DNA of 64,000 bases, taken from the NCBI RefSeq assembly GCF_009914755.1, contig NC_060942.1. One strand, 5' to 3'. Shown here piece after piece: positions 1 through 17,160 of this stretch. The notes beneath the pieces are model-generated. The model worked only from the letters and a program-made list of their open reading frames with translations, did no database searches and was not told the DNA's origin. This DNA comes from the human T2T-CHM13v2.0 reference genome, Homo sapiens. The position numbers were made by a program, and so were the translations under genes. How positions within the stretch are numbered: position 1 is the first letter of the stretch; each line of letters starts with the position of its first letter.

Positions 1-57
1 AAGAAACTTAAATACAAGAGAAAACCCCATAAAAAGTGGGCAAAGGACATGAACAGA

Positions 58-353
58 TTTCTTTTTTTCTTTTTCTTTTAGTCTGGCGTTGTCTCCCAGG
101 CTGGAGTGCAGTGCTGTGATCTCCACTCACTGCAACCTCCCCATCCCGGGTTAAGTGATTCTCATGCCTCAGCCTGCCGAGTAACTGGGACTACAGGCAT
201 GCCCTACCACACCCTGCTAATTTTTGTATTTTTAGCAGAGATGGGTTTTTGCCGTGTTGGTCAGGCTGGTCTCGAACTCCTGACCTCAGGTAATCTGCCC
301 ACCTTGGCCTCCCAAAGTGCTGGGATTACAGATGTCAGCCGCTGCTCCAGGCC
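58..353 (-). mobile_element. AluS-type SINE
   Basis: Poly-T followed by antisense Alu ('ctcgaactcctgacctcaggt', 'cctcccaaagtgctgggattaca'). Confidence 0.95.
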
Positions 354-504
354 AAGAACAGATACTTTTCAAAAGAAGACATACACAAGATCAACAAACA
401 TGGAAAAAAAGCTCAACTTCACTGATCGTTAGAGAAATGCAAATCATAACCCCTATTAACATGCCATCTAACACCAATAAGAATGGCTATTATTAAAAAG
501 TCCA

Positions 505-876
<372 letters not shown>

Positions 877-1584
877 TCAGCCATTGTGGAAAACAGTGTG
901 GCATTTCCTCAAAGACAGAAGTACCATTCAACCTAGCAATCTTATTACTGGGTATATACCCAAAGGAATATAAATTATTCTGTTATAAAGACACATGCAT
1001 ATGTTCATTGCAGTACTATTCACAATAGCAAAGACCTGGAATCAAAGTAAATGCCTATCACTCATAGACTGGATATAGAAAATGTGGTACATATATACCA
1101 GGAAATATTAGGTAGCCATAAAAAATGAGATCATGTCATTTGGTGGAACATGGATGGAGCTGGTGGCCATTATTCTTAGCAATTTAACACAGTAAAAGAA
1201 AACCAAATACCACATGTTCTCTCTCACAAATGGGAGCTAAATGGTGAGAACACATAGACACATTGATAGGAGCAAAACACACTGGCACCTTCTGGAAGGT
1301 GGAGTGGAGGATGAGTGGAGGGAAAGGATCAGGAAGAATAACTAATGAGTACTAGGCTTAATACGTGTGTGATGAAATAATCTGCAACAAAACCCCGTGA
1401 CACAAGTTTACATATATAACAAACCTGCAGTTGTACCACTGAACTTAAAAAAAATGCCAAGGTTAAAATCTTATTTTTAAAATATTACAAGATTCAGACA
1501 TTATTACTTATATTCACAAATGGAAAGATAATATGAATTCATCTGCTATCATATTACTTGAAAATAAATATTACTTTCATAGCA

Positions 1585-1830
1585 TATTGCGAAACGCATG
1601 TTTTGGAGCCAAAGTTCTTGGGTTTGAATGCTTAGTCTGCTATTGAACAGTTTTATGTGTTTGGGCAGGTTATGTGGCCTTTCTGTGCCTAGTTTCTTTC
1701 TTTATAAAATATCTATTATGTTACCTACTTTACAGAATTGCTGGGAGGATTTAAATGACTTAAATACATGTACAGTGTTTAGAATAGTGCACAGTACTTG
1801 CGCAGTATGTCCCGAAAAGGCTAGCTAATG
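1585..1830 (+). mobile_element. MIR SINE (degenerate)
   Basis: MIR core-like text 'ttgggcaggttatgtggcctttctgtgcctagtttc...ggaggatttaaatga...tagaatagtgc'. Confidence 0.7.
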
Positions 1831-2246
1831 TTATCATTAAAAAAGGGATTCTGTTACACAAGTAATATTTATCAAATAGGTCTTAGTACCAGTAAAACTT
1901 TGTTTGTATTGAAAAGGGCAAAACCCCAGGATACATATTTTTTTATCAAATACTGCAAATAACATGTTTTTTTTTCTGTCTTTGATGATCAGAAAGCTTG
2001 ATTTAAACTTAATTTTTTGATATTAATATATTTCATTTGTCCTGTAGTGCTACCCTTTCCATTTAGTTTTTCCCCTTGTAAAAAAAATTGTATTTTGCAT
2101 CACCTGTAAAAACATTACCTGTAAACATTATAAATAAGAGAGAGAAACTACAAACACAGAGGTTTTATATAAAAAAGTTTTAGATATTCTTTGTATTTTA
2201 CATATTTACTATTTGCCTGATTGGAATTTTTTGGTTTTTTTTTTAG

Positions 2247-2280
2247 GCTTGCAAGGAAAACCTCTAATGAAAAGAGCAAG
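2247..2280 (+). CDS. ANKRD62: ANKRD26-family gene, 34-nt coding exon (xLARKTSNEKSK)
   Basis: Poly-T acceptor ttttag at 2241-2246 and donor gtatta at 2281. Resembles the ANKRD26 RLARKTSNEKNK micro-exon. Ends in phase 0, matching the next exon. Confidence 0.85.
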
Positions 2281-2551
2281 GTATTATAAAAGTAAATTGT
2301 CAAGAATGCTGTTGAACATACCTTAAAAAAGATCATGGTAAAAAACAGAAAATCTTTTGCTGTAAAGACATTGACTTTGATAAAGCAGCGGTAACCATTC
2401 ATAAAAGCACCCTTTTAACCAAAGTCAGTTATTTTAAGAAGTACCTGTGTTTTTGCTCATGTAAAAAGATGGATAATTCCCACTGGTGTATATTTAGTGT
2501 ATGCTATAAATATTTCGAGGGCATTTTGAAACAGTGTTATTTATTTTATAG

Positions 2552-2707
<156 letters not shown>

Positions 2708-2949
2708 TAAATATAAGGCTCTTTCCCTATCCTATAGTAATGTATGCACATATTGCTTAGCACGGCACCATAGAACACTGATGTGTTATAGGGATGTTCA
2801 TCTCGGAAATATCCTTCTTGTGAACATAGAATGAGAACTACTCTATCTTGTATACTCTTAGCCAAAGAGCTGTGATCATTCCACTGTACCTTTCTCAGTG
2901 TGAATGACACTCCCAATCTATTTGTTGACTCTGCTTCTCCTCTATGCCT

Positions 2950-3200
2950 TTACCCAGGGTCAGGTTGTCATTATCTTGTACCTGGAATACTGTGATAACC
3001 TTACACCTCTTTTCCCTACTGCCCCACCTTCCAAAGCCATGGTCTATTCTGCAATCATAATTATATACATTTTTAAAATTCACATCTGATCATGTTACCT
3101 GCTTGCTTAACACCCAACTGCCACTTGTCATTGCTATAAGGTAAAGATGACAATGCTCTAGCTTTATACTGCTTCATTCCATACCCTTGTTTCTCTGTGT
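2950..3200 (+). mobile_element. L2 LINE fragment (degenerate)
   Basis: L2-like 'ttttaaaattcacatctgatcatgttacctgcttgcttaa'. Confidence 0.55.
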
Positions 3201-3577
3201 GTCACAGCCAGTGCCCCAGGTGTTTGCTCCTACAATCAGTAGCTTCAGTGAGGTATAACTGATACATGTTAAAGTGCACATATGTAAAGTGTATAGTTTG
3301 ATAAGTTTTGACAGATACATACCCGTGTGAAAGTGTCACCATAATCAAGATAGTTATCCATAACCCACAAAAGTGTCCTATGCTGCTTTATGTTCCTTTT
3401 TTAGAAAAAGCTGCCAAATTGTTTTCAAAAAAAGTGTACCATTTCCATCTGATCAGCACAACAGGACAGTTGCGGTTACTGTGTTGTCACACTAAGTATT
3501 GCAGTATTTATTTGTAGCCATTCTTATGGGTGTGGTTAATATGCATGATCCTAATGACTAAACATGTTCACCTCATA

Positions 3578-3776
3578 TACACAAACTTTGTTTCATGCAC
3601 AAAATTATTAAAAGTATTTTTTTAATTACCATCTGTCTTTGTGAAATAGTATTTTGTGTTTAGACTTGGGTCCTATCGCCAAGATATCTCATTATGTAGA
3701 TGCAAATATTCCAAGATCCAAAACCTGAAACACTTCTGGTCCCAAGCATTTTTAATAAGGGATATTCATCCTGTAC
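3578..3776. mobile_element. Tigger4/MER46-type DNA transposon fragment
   Basis: Terminal motif 'aaacacttctggtcccaagcatt...aagggatattcatcctgta'. Confidence 0.7.
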
Positions 3777-5484
3777 CAGTGGCCAACTGTTTTGGTTACT
3801 GTTGATGTATAATAATTGTTGAAGTTGATTTTTCTATTCTTTGTTGTGTTTTGCTTATGCTAGATTTTGCATTTCCACGTGAACTTTAGAATCAGCTTGT
3901 CAATTTAAAAAAATTTAGAATCACCTCGTCATTTAAAAATGTCCAACGAGTGCTGGCTTGTTGGACATTAGGTTAGAATTGTGTTGCATTTATAGATTAA
4001 TTTATGGAGAATTGACTTCTTAACAATAATGAATCTTCCTACTCTTTAAAAAAATGGATGTCTGCATTTATATGTCATATTTCATTTTCTCAGTAATATT
4101 TTGTAGTTTTTAGTGTATACGTCTTTCTATAGTTTATCAGATTTATCTCTGTTTCAGTTTTTGATGTAGTTGTAAATCATATGCTTAAAAATTTAGTCTG
4201 ATTGTTTATCACGAGGGTATGGAAATACAGTTGATTTTTGTATGTTGGTTTTGCATACTTCAATCTTACTGAACTCACTTATTAGTCCTGGTACTAATAA
4301 TACTCACTTATTAATTCTTGGTAGATTTGATCCGATTTTCTACATAGACCAAAGATTTTCAAACCTTTTCTTTCTCAAAGTACCCTCTTATTAAAGACTT
4401 GTGGCAAAAGGGGTCTCTGTTGTAGCTGATAGACTCTGCCATTGTAATATGAGAGCAGCCCTAGACAACCTGTACAATTAATGAACACAGCTGTGCTCAT
4501 TGACGAAGACAAAAAGCTGGCCCACAGGTTAGAGTTTACGTAAACCTATTGTGTGGTCATGGTTGTGTACAAAGACAGTTTTATTTATTTTTTCAACTGG
4601 GATGACTTTTATTTCTTTTTCTTACCTGACTGCACTAACTAGACTCTTCAGAACAATGCTGCGTAAAAGCAGTGAAAGCAGACATTCCTGTGTTGTTCTT
4701 TATCTTCTGGAGAACATATTCAGTTTTTCACCATGATACATGTTAGCTGTAGGTTCATCATAGATGTTCTTTATCATGCTGAGGAAGGTCCCTGGATTCT
4801 TATTTTGCTGAGACTTTTTCATTTTTACAAAATCAGCAATGAGTGTTGAATTGTATCAAATGCCTGTATCTGTCGAGATGATTCTGTGGATCTACTGTTT
4901 TCCGTTGTTAATCTGGCAAATAACAACGATGTTTGAATGTTAAGCCAACCCTGCAGTCCTGGGAAAAAACCCCATTTGTTTATGATGTATTGTCCTTTTA
5001 TTATACTGTTGGATTCAATTTGCTAAAGAAGTTATGATAAAGTCTTTATTGGTTTATTATAAAGACTTTATTTATCAGACCAGTTTTATGTTCACAGCAA
5101 AATTGAGAGGAAGGTACAGAGATTTTTCAAATACCCTCTACCTGCACACATATGTAGCCTCCCTCCTTATCAGTAACCCTCCCCTTAGTGGTACAGGTGC
5201 TGTAATGGATGAGCCTACATTGGCACATCAGAATCACCTGCAGCCCATAGTGTGCATTGTACACTGATGCTATACATCATATGGGTTTGGTCTTAAGGTA
5301 CACTGACATGTATGCGTGTCATATACATTATTTTCACCTCCCTAAAAATCCTCAGTACTCTGCCTGTGTATCCTTTCCTGGTGTCCCTCATCCTCTGGCA
5401 GCCACTGATGTTTTTACCATATCCATAGTTTTACATTTTCCAGAAAGTCATATAGTTGGAATCATACAGAAAGTAGCCTTTTTA

Positions 5485-5790
5485 GGCCGGGCACGGTGGC
5501 TCACGCCTGTAATCCCAGCACTTTTGGGAGGCCAAGATGGGTGGATCACCTGAGGTCAGGAGTTCAAGATCAGCCTGGCCAACATGGCGAAACCCTGTCT
5601 CTACTAAAAATACAAAAAGTAGCCGGGTGTGGTGGCGGGCGCCTGTAATCCCAGCTACTCAGGAGGCTGAAGCAGGAGAATCGCTTGAAGCTGGGAGGCA
5701 GAGGTTGCAGTGAGCCAAGTTTGTGTCATCGCACTCCAGTCTCGGAGACAGAGTAAGGCTCTGTCTTAAAAAAAAAAAAAAAAGAAAGAA
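5485..5790 (+). mobile_element. AluSx-like SINE with TSD
   Basis: Full Alu flanked by agaaagtagccttttta at 5468-5484 and 5791-5807. Confidence 0.95.
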
Positions 5791-6529
5791 AGAAAGTAGC
5801 CTTTTTAGGTTGACTTGTTTGACTTGGTAATATGCATGTATGGTTCCTTCATGTATTTTCATGGTTTGATTTGTCATATCTTTTTAGCATGGAGTAATAT
5901 TCCATTGTTTGGCTGTTTAACCACAGTTTATTCATTCACGTATTGGAGGATGTCTTGGTTGTTTCACAAATTGGTTCAATTTTTACATTCACGCTCATGA
6001 GGGAGTTTTTTTTATTGGTAATATCATTGTCTGGTTTTGGTTCAGGGTAATGCTAACATTAAAGAGTGAGTTGGGGTGTACTCTTTTTTGTTTCTTTTTG
6101 GAGAGTTAGTGTTGAATTGTATTATTTCTTCTGAAAATGTTTAGTGGAGTTCACTGCCATAGCTAGCTGAGTTTGAATTTCTTTTTCTAAGACGGTCCTC
6201 AGCTATGACTGAAGTTTATTTTTTATATTTAGGGCAATTCAGGTTATTTATTGCTTCTTGGTTAAGATTTAGTAATTTTCCCTTTTAAGGAATTTGTTAA
6301 TTTTATCTATTTTGTCATGTTTACACATAAAAATTATAATGTCACCTTGGTTTTTTTTTGTATCTGTACAGTCTGTAATCATGTGACATTACTCATTTCT
6401 GAAATTAGTAATTTGTATTTTCTCTTCTTCTTGATCAGCCAGGGTAAATAGAGATTTCTCACATTTATCAATCTCCCAAAGTGTTTGGTGTTGCTGATCT
6501 TCTTCTTTTTTTTTTTTTTTTCTGAAACC

Positions 6530-6853
6530 AGTAGTATAACAAAATACCATAGACTGGGTAGCTTATAAACAGTAGAAAATGATTTCTTACAGTTCTGGAG
6601 TCTGCAGAGTCCAAGGTCAAGGTGCTGTCAAATTTGCTGTGTGGTAAGGAACCTTCCTGGATCACAGATGTGTTCTTTTTCTCTGTGTCCTCACATGGCA
6701 GAAGGGGCGGAGGAGCTCTCTGAGGTGTGTTGTGTAAGAACACTAATCCCATTCAGGAGGGCTTGGCTCTCATGATAAGACTACCTCTAAAAATCCGCCC
6801 TTGTGATTAGGTTTCAGCATATAAACTTTTGAGAACACATTCAGACCACAGCA
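6530..6853 (-). mobile_element. MLT1A-like MaLR LTR
   Basis: 'aacaaaataccatagactgggtagcttataaac...cagttctggag...cctcacatggcagaagggg...cattcagaccacagca'. Confidence 0.8.
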
Positions 6854-9276
6854 GGTGGTTTTGTTTTTTATCCCTCTGCTTGCTTTGGATTTAATTCTCT
6901 TATTTTATTATTTATTTATTTATTTATTTTCATTTTCTTAAGGTAGAAGTCAGGGTTATTGATTTGAGACTCTTCTAATATTGACATTTAGTGCTAAAAA
7001 TTTGTATTTAAGTGCAGTTGTTGCTGCATTCTACCAACCTCGATATGTTATTTTTTCATTTTTATTCAGTTCAAAATATTTTCTTTTTTCATCATCTCTT
7101 TGAACCAGGGTTATTTAGATGTGTGTTTCTTAGTTTTCATGTATTTGAGTATTTCTTAGCATTATTTTTGTTATTGGTTTCTAATATCATTGATTTGTGG
7201 TCAGGATATGTACTTTGTATGACTTACATTCTTTTTACTTAATCTTTTTAATGAGATTTATTGTATGGCCTAAAATATTGTCTATTTTGGCAAGTGTTCC
7301 ATAGGTACTTGAAAGGCATGGTGTTGTTTAAGTCTGCTCTATTCTTGCTAATTTTCTGCCTCCTTGTTCTATCACTTCCTGAGTAAAGGGTATTGAAACC
7401 TCAGATTACCTAGAAATTGTCTATTTCTTTTTATAGTTCTATCTACTTTGGCCTCATGTACTTTGAATTTCTTATGTTATTAGGGGCATAAACATTTAGG
7501 ACTATTATATCTTCTTGATTAACTGAAACTTTTATCATTGTGACGTGACCTTATTTATTGCTGGAAATTGTTTTGCTATGAAATCTACTTTGATATTAAT
7601 TGAACCATTTCTTCTCAGTAGTCTTCTGTCAAGTGTTAGCACGTATCTTTTTCTATTCTTGCAGCCGATTTGTGTCTTTACATTTAATGTACATTTCTTA
7701 TAGACAGCATGTAATTGGGTATTGCTTTCTTATAGAATCTGTCAGTCTGCATTTTAATTGAGGCTTGCAGACCAGTTTCATTTATAATGTGATATTCAAT
7801 ATAGTTGTTTGTCTGTCATTGTGCTGTTTGATTGCTGTTAGTCTCGCTATTATTTGTTCCCCTTCTTTTTCTGCTTTCCTTTAGATTAATCAGCTATTTT
7901 CTATGATTTGATTTCATATTTCTTTTTTGGTTTTTTATATGTAACTCTTTGCTATCTCAATGGTTTATTTAGGATTTATAGTATATAATTTTAACCTATC
8001 ACAGTCTACCTTCAAGTAATGTTATACCACATCATAGATGGTATAAGAAAATGACAATGGTACACTTTTATTTATTTTTTTTGTCCCAGACAGTTCCTTC
8101 CTGGATCTGTGGGAATATGGATTTTGCCAAGTTTAGAATTTTTGGGCCAATTATTTTTCAATTTTCTTTTCTGTCTTTGTTCCTTTCTATTTGGGGATTT
8201 ATATATTAGTTGCTTGAAGGTTTCTCATAGTTCATCATGACAAATTTACGATTGTGATCTGTGTTTATTTTCCTCCACTGTAGTTTTTACCTCTGACATT
8301 GTAATTTACATTTCTGCAAGTGTGGTTTGATTTTTAAAGAAATACCTTTCATGCCTTCACTTATTGTCTCGAGCTTTGTTTGGGGTACAGTGATTTACTT
8401 ATAAACAGAATTCTTTTTGTTCTTGCTTTTAGATTTTGAGTAATTTGCCACTCCTGAGGCAAGAGTTTTCGGATTATTTGTTGTCCTGTGAAGTATGAGT
8501 GTTTTGGGCCTGGCTCTTGGGATTGGACCCTCTTCTGGGCACTTTGTGAACAGCAGGCTTGGTTTCTCCTCATCTTTTTCTATCGTGTCCCCTCCACCGC
8601 TCGCCATCCCTTGGTCTTAGGAAGTTTCCTAGCACACATCCATTTTTTTCATTATTCCTCTAAATACTTTAGAGGGGACCTCTGCAGATCTCCAGGGTTT
8701 GTTTCCTCTGCTGCTTTCTCCTCTCCAGTGTTCTGTCCTGTGATTTCTCTCTGCTTTTGTTTTACCGGATTCTTAGCGTCACCACCCCAGCTCAGGGAAT
8801 CTATGTCAGATTTTCTCGCTTTGTCATGGCCTGGAAGCTCTGTCAACAAAAGAAGCTCTGTCAACAAAAAGGCCTACATTTGTTTCCTGTCTTTTAGTGA
8901 CGACCATCTTCATTATCTGAAGTCCACTGTGTTGAAAATCATTGTTGAATATATTTTGTCTGTGTTGTTTTTGGTTGTTTCAGGTAAGGAGGAAAATCAG
9001 CACCCGTTGCTCCCTCTTGGCTGGAAGCAGATTGCCGCAGAGCTCCAGCATGTGCCGCAGACTAGCCAGAGCGCTTTGCTTCCTCCTTTGCTCAACTGCT
9101 TCCTTCTCATTTTTTATTTCTCAGTGTCTCTTTCTCTTCCTCAGGGAAATCTTCCCTGAGCCAAGTATAGGTCAGATCCTCTTACGTGACTAAAACAGCT
9201 ATGTATTCTTATAGCATCTATCCGAATTTGTAATTGTCACATTTTTGTCTGTGTTCTTTACTACACTTGAAGCTAA

Positions 9277-9717
<441 letters not shown>

Positions 9718-10189
9718 TAAGGATATGTAGGATAATTTTTGTAATAGCTGACTTACCTTCTAGGGTTTAATAGAGAAGAAAACCTCTTAAAATTGTGGAA
9801 TGTGAAATTTTTGGATAAAAAATCACAAGTTAATTGTGAATACTTCTCTAATAATTAATTGCATATCCCTTTAAATCATTATTTTAATGGCTATATAGAA
9901 TTCCACCCTATGGAAATTTCATTATTTAATAAATTGAAATTGGGGATTTTAATTTTTTGTATTAATGCTGTAAGAAACATCTTACAGATCCATAGTTTTC
10001 TACATTTCTATTTCTTTACTTTGGATAAATTTTTCAAAATAGAGCTATCTGGTTAGAGTATAGGAGCTTTTTAAAAGAGATCGTTGATTAACATTACTAA
10101 GTTGTTCTTAAGAAAGTTTATAATTTATAATTTGAGTATGAAATGTATACTTTTCTCCACCCAGAGTAATTATTTTTAAAATTAACCAG

Positions 10190-10511
10190 TTTTTTTTTGT
10201 TTGTTTGTTTGTTTTTTGTCCTTTTGAGACAGAGTCTTGCGCTGTCACCCAGGTTGGAGTGCAGCGGCGAAATCTCGGCTCACTGCAGCCTCTGCTTCCG
10301 GGTTCAAGCAATTCTTGTGCCTCAGCCTCCCAAGTAGCTGGGATTACAGGCACACGTCACCATGCCTTTCTAATTTCTTTTTTTTTTTTTTAAGTAGAGA
10401 TGAGGTTTTGCCATTTTGGCCAGACTGGTCTCAAACTCCTGACTGCAAGTTATCTGCTGGCTTTGGGCTCCCAAAGTTCTGGGATTACAGTGTGAGCAAC
10501 CACGCCTGGCC
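10190..10511 (-). mobile_element. AluS-type SINE
   Basis: T-rich tail followed by antisense Alu dimer. Confidence 0.9.
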
Positions 10512-11110
10512 CAGTTTTACTCTTAATATGCAGCGAATGAAAAGTAAAATGGAAAGTGATTACTGATTAGCTTAGTGAACATCTGTCTCTGCTACAGAGT
10601 TTAAATTAATTCAAACTTCTATGCGGAAGGCAGATATTGTTCTTTATTGTTTAAATATTAGATCTTGTCTTGTTTGAGAATGGATTTTAAAATTGTTTGT
10701 AAAATACATACTAATCAACAGAATAAGTCAAAAGTGTTACCAGAAAAAGAAACATAAAATGTATGGGGTAACATCTTAGATTCTTTAGCTTAGTCTTGGA
10801 TTATTGTCATCTGGAGATACATGTTGCAAGAAGGCATCTGGAGGTGCTATCTTACAATGTAAATCATGCTTAGGGATACCTGCCGTATTTCATGAAGATG
10901 AAAATTTATTTCTAGTGAAGGTATCAACTTGTTTATAAAAAATAACTTTTTTTAAAATTAGCTAACTCTAAATGATTCATCCTGACTGAGGAGTAATTAT
11001 TACTGTGTGAAGAAAAGGTAATTTTTAACTTGTAACTTTAGCTAATAATTTTCAACATCCTTTTCCATAATATTTACGAGAATTACTAGTAACAGAAGCT
11101 AATCAATTAG

Positions 11111-11485
<375 letters not shown>

Positions 11486-12619
11486 TAATGTTTGGTAAAA
11501 TTTTACATTTCTAATTTTATTTTATTAATATTACTTAGAATATCCCTTTGACTTAGTTCTAAAACAAACCACAAATTTTATTTCATCTTAAAAATAAATG
11601 ATACTTATAGCTACAATTATTTATTATAAATCTTGGCTTCAAAGTTATATTTTATTTCAGGTCAAAGACCTTTGGAAAACAATGATATCCCATAATATAT
11701 ATACTTAGTGATATTTTGTTGGTAAGTAATTTGTTCCTAGTGACATAGTTCAGTGTAGTTTTCCCTATTTTGCATTAATTATGGTTTCAAACATTGTGAA
11801 AAGGAAATAAAAGTTATCATAATAGTACATAATCTCAGGATTTCCTAAGAAGAGCTTTATAAATTTTATCTTCTTTGGTGTTTTGAAAGAAAAGGTTTCT
11901 ATTGTATTTGTATATCTACCCCATGGAAGTAACTGTGATGTGGTGGAGGACCACTAGAAGCAGAGTCAGAGAACCTAGGAAAAATCCAGCAGCTTGCTTC
12001 TATTTTTAACCTTTCCCTGCAGAATTGTGATAACTAAATGAATTTATTGATGTATGCATACAAAAGTGCTTAGTACAATGCCTAGATCTGTCATTTATCA
12101 ATACATGTCATTGTTAAAACTGACTCTAAAAATGTAAGAAAAGTAGAATTATCTATAAAATAGTCACAGGAAAAAGAAACTTAAGGAATTTGGAAAATTT
12201 TATCTGTCCAGATATCTGCAGAGCTAAGGCTCTTACTATAGGGAAAGTAAAGGTTAGATGTTAGTGTGTAAACCCAGTTTCTAAATGTAATCATAGTTAT
12301 TAATCATTTATGTTTTTGGGTTTGTTGAAATTCAGTAAAAGCCTTCTTTTAAAAAAAATTAGATTCTTAAAGAATTTCTAGTGGTTTCTTTTTTTTTGCT
12401 TTCATAGATTCACTGTCTTCAAATACGTTTTTGAACTTTTGAGAATTTACTCTCTAAAAGGTTTGAGGTTTTGATTCAACTTTTTTTTTCCAGTTGGATA
12501 TCCAGATGGCAACTCTTTCATTGTATAAACGTACAGGTTATTACTTATTTAGTTTCAGAAGAAATCATAATATGTCATTTTATTGGGTGCTAGTTGAGAG
12601 TTTTCTTTGTTTTATTTAG

Positions 12620-13585
<966 letters not shown>

Positions 13586-14871
13586 TAAAATTTAAAGTAT
13601 ATTTGGTTATGGCTAAACACTGAATCTAGTTGAATATCAAAATATATACATGATAAACGGTTCTGCTATATCACCTTAGAAACGGAATTTGTTTCCAGCA
13701 AATAAAAGTTAGACCTAGGAGATGCTTTCCTTTGAGTAAAGACAATGTGACACTTAGGAAATTTTAAACGTTTCAGTTACAAAATGTTAATATAGACTAA
13801 CATTTATAATGTAGTCTTACACTGCTGAAATAATTTTGATGTCTGTATGTTGCCACATTTTAGGATTACGATAAAGCAGATATAAAGAAATATTCATACC
13901 TAAAGTGTTATTTTGAAATAGATTCAATTAATTAGATTACTTTGACAGTTAATTCCAGATTTCCCAGATGAACTAAAGTGTATTTCCTATTTTATAATTA
14001 TTCTTCCTCAATAGCTTTTAATGTATCTTAGTTGGTATAATTTTATTTTTCTTCATGTCAATTTGACTTAAATCTGAAAATAATTCGGTCTCAAATTATA
14101 TATTGATACAAACATTCCATTCTTTAAAGACATCTTTCTTACATTATAATATGGGGAAAATGTGGTAAATGTTAGCCAAACCATATTTGATTTAATCTTC
14201 CCACTGGCATTTATAACTTACTTTCAATTTTTCAGTCAAAAATGTGGTCATAATTTTTATTTCAAGGCTCAATGACTCTCATTTGGATATAAGGTTATCC
14301 GGTACAAAGATCAGCTTAGCTGTCTGTGATTTATTAGTTTCACATTGGATCCTCATTTTTAGACTAATGAGGGGTGGTAGGAACGGTGGGAGTAGGGAAG
14401 AGAGACATAGCAGCTGGGGTCAGGGAGAGAAGTGGAAGCCAGGTTAACTAGAGCCTCTAAGGCCATTGGAATGTTAGTTTTCTTCTGAGGTGGAAATCTG
14501 TTGGAAGGATTTGAGCTGGTGACTGAATATGTGAAGAACTCTGAGGTTGATTTGAGCTTCTTCTTATAAAAAAGACGGAAAACACTGCAGTGTAAAATTC
14601 ACTGCCACCAGTCCCACCCACATACCTGTTTCTTTTTGAGACCTCAGAAGGTTTTTAAGCATTGCACATTCATCAGTGCGCTGAATCTGTTGTATGAGTA
14701 ACACGGCACCAGTTTGGCACAAAGATAACACCTTCTTTATCCTTAACTGGATTCAGTAATAAACAGGAATGTGTACACATGAGGAGGAGAAGAAGAATCA
14801 GTGTGTGGTGGTATTTTTCGAAGTGTGTATATTAGAGTTAAATATTATTAACAAAATTTAATAATAAGTGA

Positions 14872-15099
<228 letters not shown>

Positions 15100-15937
15100 C
15101 TGGTTAAATAATATCAAGTGTTTCAGGACACTAGTTTCAGTGGAGAGCTTTCTTTTGTATTTTCATTATAATTAATTTTATTAAAATTTGATTATCTTTA
15201 TAATACATCCATTTCTCAATCTCTGCCATGTTTTATAATTATAAATATTTTTCTTACACTATTTCCCCTTATGAAAGTTGAGAATTACACATCATTTCTC
15301 ACAGAAGATTAGAGAATTCTTTTTTCTTTTTACAGTATATTTTTAGTGATTTCTTTCATTGCCACGTGGAGACAAGCCAGATTAATTCAGAGGATAATGT
15401 CTAATGGAATGTTTCAGAAAATTTTCTTTTTTTAATCTCTACTTTTCTGTGTGAATAAAGACTTGTGCTTACTTATTTCATGGGTTTCTGGTTAACTGGT
15501 ACAGAAAGTCCATTCTGCAGAATAAATTAGTATTTTGATGAAAATCCTTGCTCTGACTTTATATTGGTCTATAGTCAGAGTCATATGACTATGGACAGTT
15601 AGCATTTGCCAACATGTATGTGTCTACTTTCTCTTGCTTAAAACAAAAACAAAAAACTTTACAAATGGGGTTATAGAAGGTCAGCAAAGGGTAGGTTTGA
15701 GATGTTTGGGTGGGTCAAGTGGGCATTTTGACAACGTGGCTTCTCCTTTGGCATGTCAATGGACATCCCTGCATTTTAAGATGACACTTTTAAATAAATT
15801 ATCTCCTAATGATGACATGAGCCCTGCCACTCGATAGGAGAATCTATCTATTTTAATTATTTTTCTGTTTGTTTTAAAATTTTCTTCTGGTTTCCCTGGA
15901 AAGGAAAGATGATGCTTAGTTTTAAATGTTAAAAATG

Positions 15938-16238
15938 GGTCGGGCGCGGTGGCTCACGCCTGTGATCCAAGCACTTTGGGAGGCTGAAACGGGTGGATCA
16001 CCTGAGGTCAGGAGTTTGAGACCATCCTGGCCAACATGGTGAAACCCCATCTCTACTAAAAAAGATAAAGAAATTAGCTGGGCATGGTGGTGGCGCACGC
16101 CTGTAGTCCCAGCTCCTCGGGACGCTGAGGCAGGAGAATTGCTTGAACCTGGCGGGGTGGAGGTTGCGGTGAGCCAAGATGGTGCCACTGCACTCCAGCC
16201 TGGGTGGCTGAGCAAGACTCCGTCTTAAAAAAAAAAAA
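15938..16238 (+). mobile_element. AluS-type SINE
   Basis: 'ggtcgggcgcggtggctcacgcc' through an A-tail. Confidence 0.95.
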
Positions 16239-16444
16239 GTGCAAGTTTTCTTGCTACAGCAAAAATTAAATGCATACAGACAAAAAAGAAATGAAATTAT
16301 AGTTGATATAGTGGTGTTTGGAATTGAAAAATATAAATGCTTACTATAATTTCCTATGTTTCCCCATTTTACCAATTTTGTAAATTTGAGTATCTGATAA
16401 AATAGAAATTAGAAAAGAAAAATACTGTGTTTTAATCCTAGAGC

Positions 16445-16620
16445 ATAGGCAGTAAACTTTTCTGTAAAGGGCCAAGTAGTATTATTTGAGACTTTGTGAG
16501 CCATAAGATCCCTGTTGCAACAACTCAACACTACAGTTACAGCACAAAAGTAGCGGTAAACAATATGCAGACTGAAGGGGTGTGGCTGCATTCCAGTAAA
16601 ATTTAGTTAAAAAACAGGTA
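16445..16620 (+). mobile_element. MER58A hAT-Charlie fragment
   Basis: 'aaacttttctgtaaagggccaagtag...ctgttgcaacaactcaac...gtgtggctgcattccagtaaaattta'. Confidence 0.75.
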
Positions 16621-16625
16621 ATAGG

Positions 16626-16948
<323 letters not shown>

Positions 16949-17089
16949 TTATCATTTTTTATTAAAATAGATTGTGATAGTCTAAAAACAGTATTTTATA
17001 TATAACCATATTTTGTTCATTCATTCACCTATTGATGGGCATTTGGGTTATTTCCACACCTAAAGGTTGTTTTTAATTCTTTGTTTTAG

Positions 17090-17160
17090 TTGCAAGAAAT
17101 GCAGAATCAACGCACAGAGATTCTAAGACGTGCTGAGGAGTTGCCAGACCACATGCAAAA
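17090..17160 (+). pseudogene. Relic or alternative ANKRD26-like exon (LQEMQNQRTEILRRAEELPDHMQK)
   Basis: Acceptor ttttag, weak donor gtacag, 71 nt, phase 0 to 2. Resembles ANKRD26 'LQEAQDRHTEAVRCAEKMQDHKQK'. Confidence 0.75.

Larger units (their letters stand above)
3780..8340 (-). mobile_element. Degenerate L1M fragments, antisense, with nested MER58, Alu and MLT1
   Basis: T-rich antisense ORF2-like text ('tttagaatcagcttgtcaatt', 'ttgattttttgtatgttg', 'gtgttccataggtacttgaaa'). Confidence 0.65.

Noticed and set aside
8834-8869. Perfect 18-bp tandem duplication (gaagctctgtcaacaaaa x2); a similar 25-bp duplication lies at ~41707-41757
   Set aside because: Ordinary slippage duplications within decayed repeats.
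8488-9159. 223-aa ORF in an intron
   Set aside because: Non-ATG start, Leu/Phe/Ser-rich composition typical of T-rich decayed repeat, and no phase-compatible splice sites identified.
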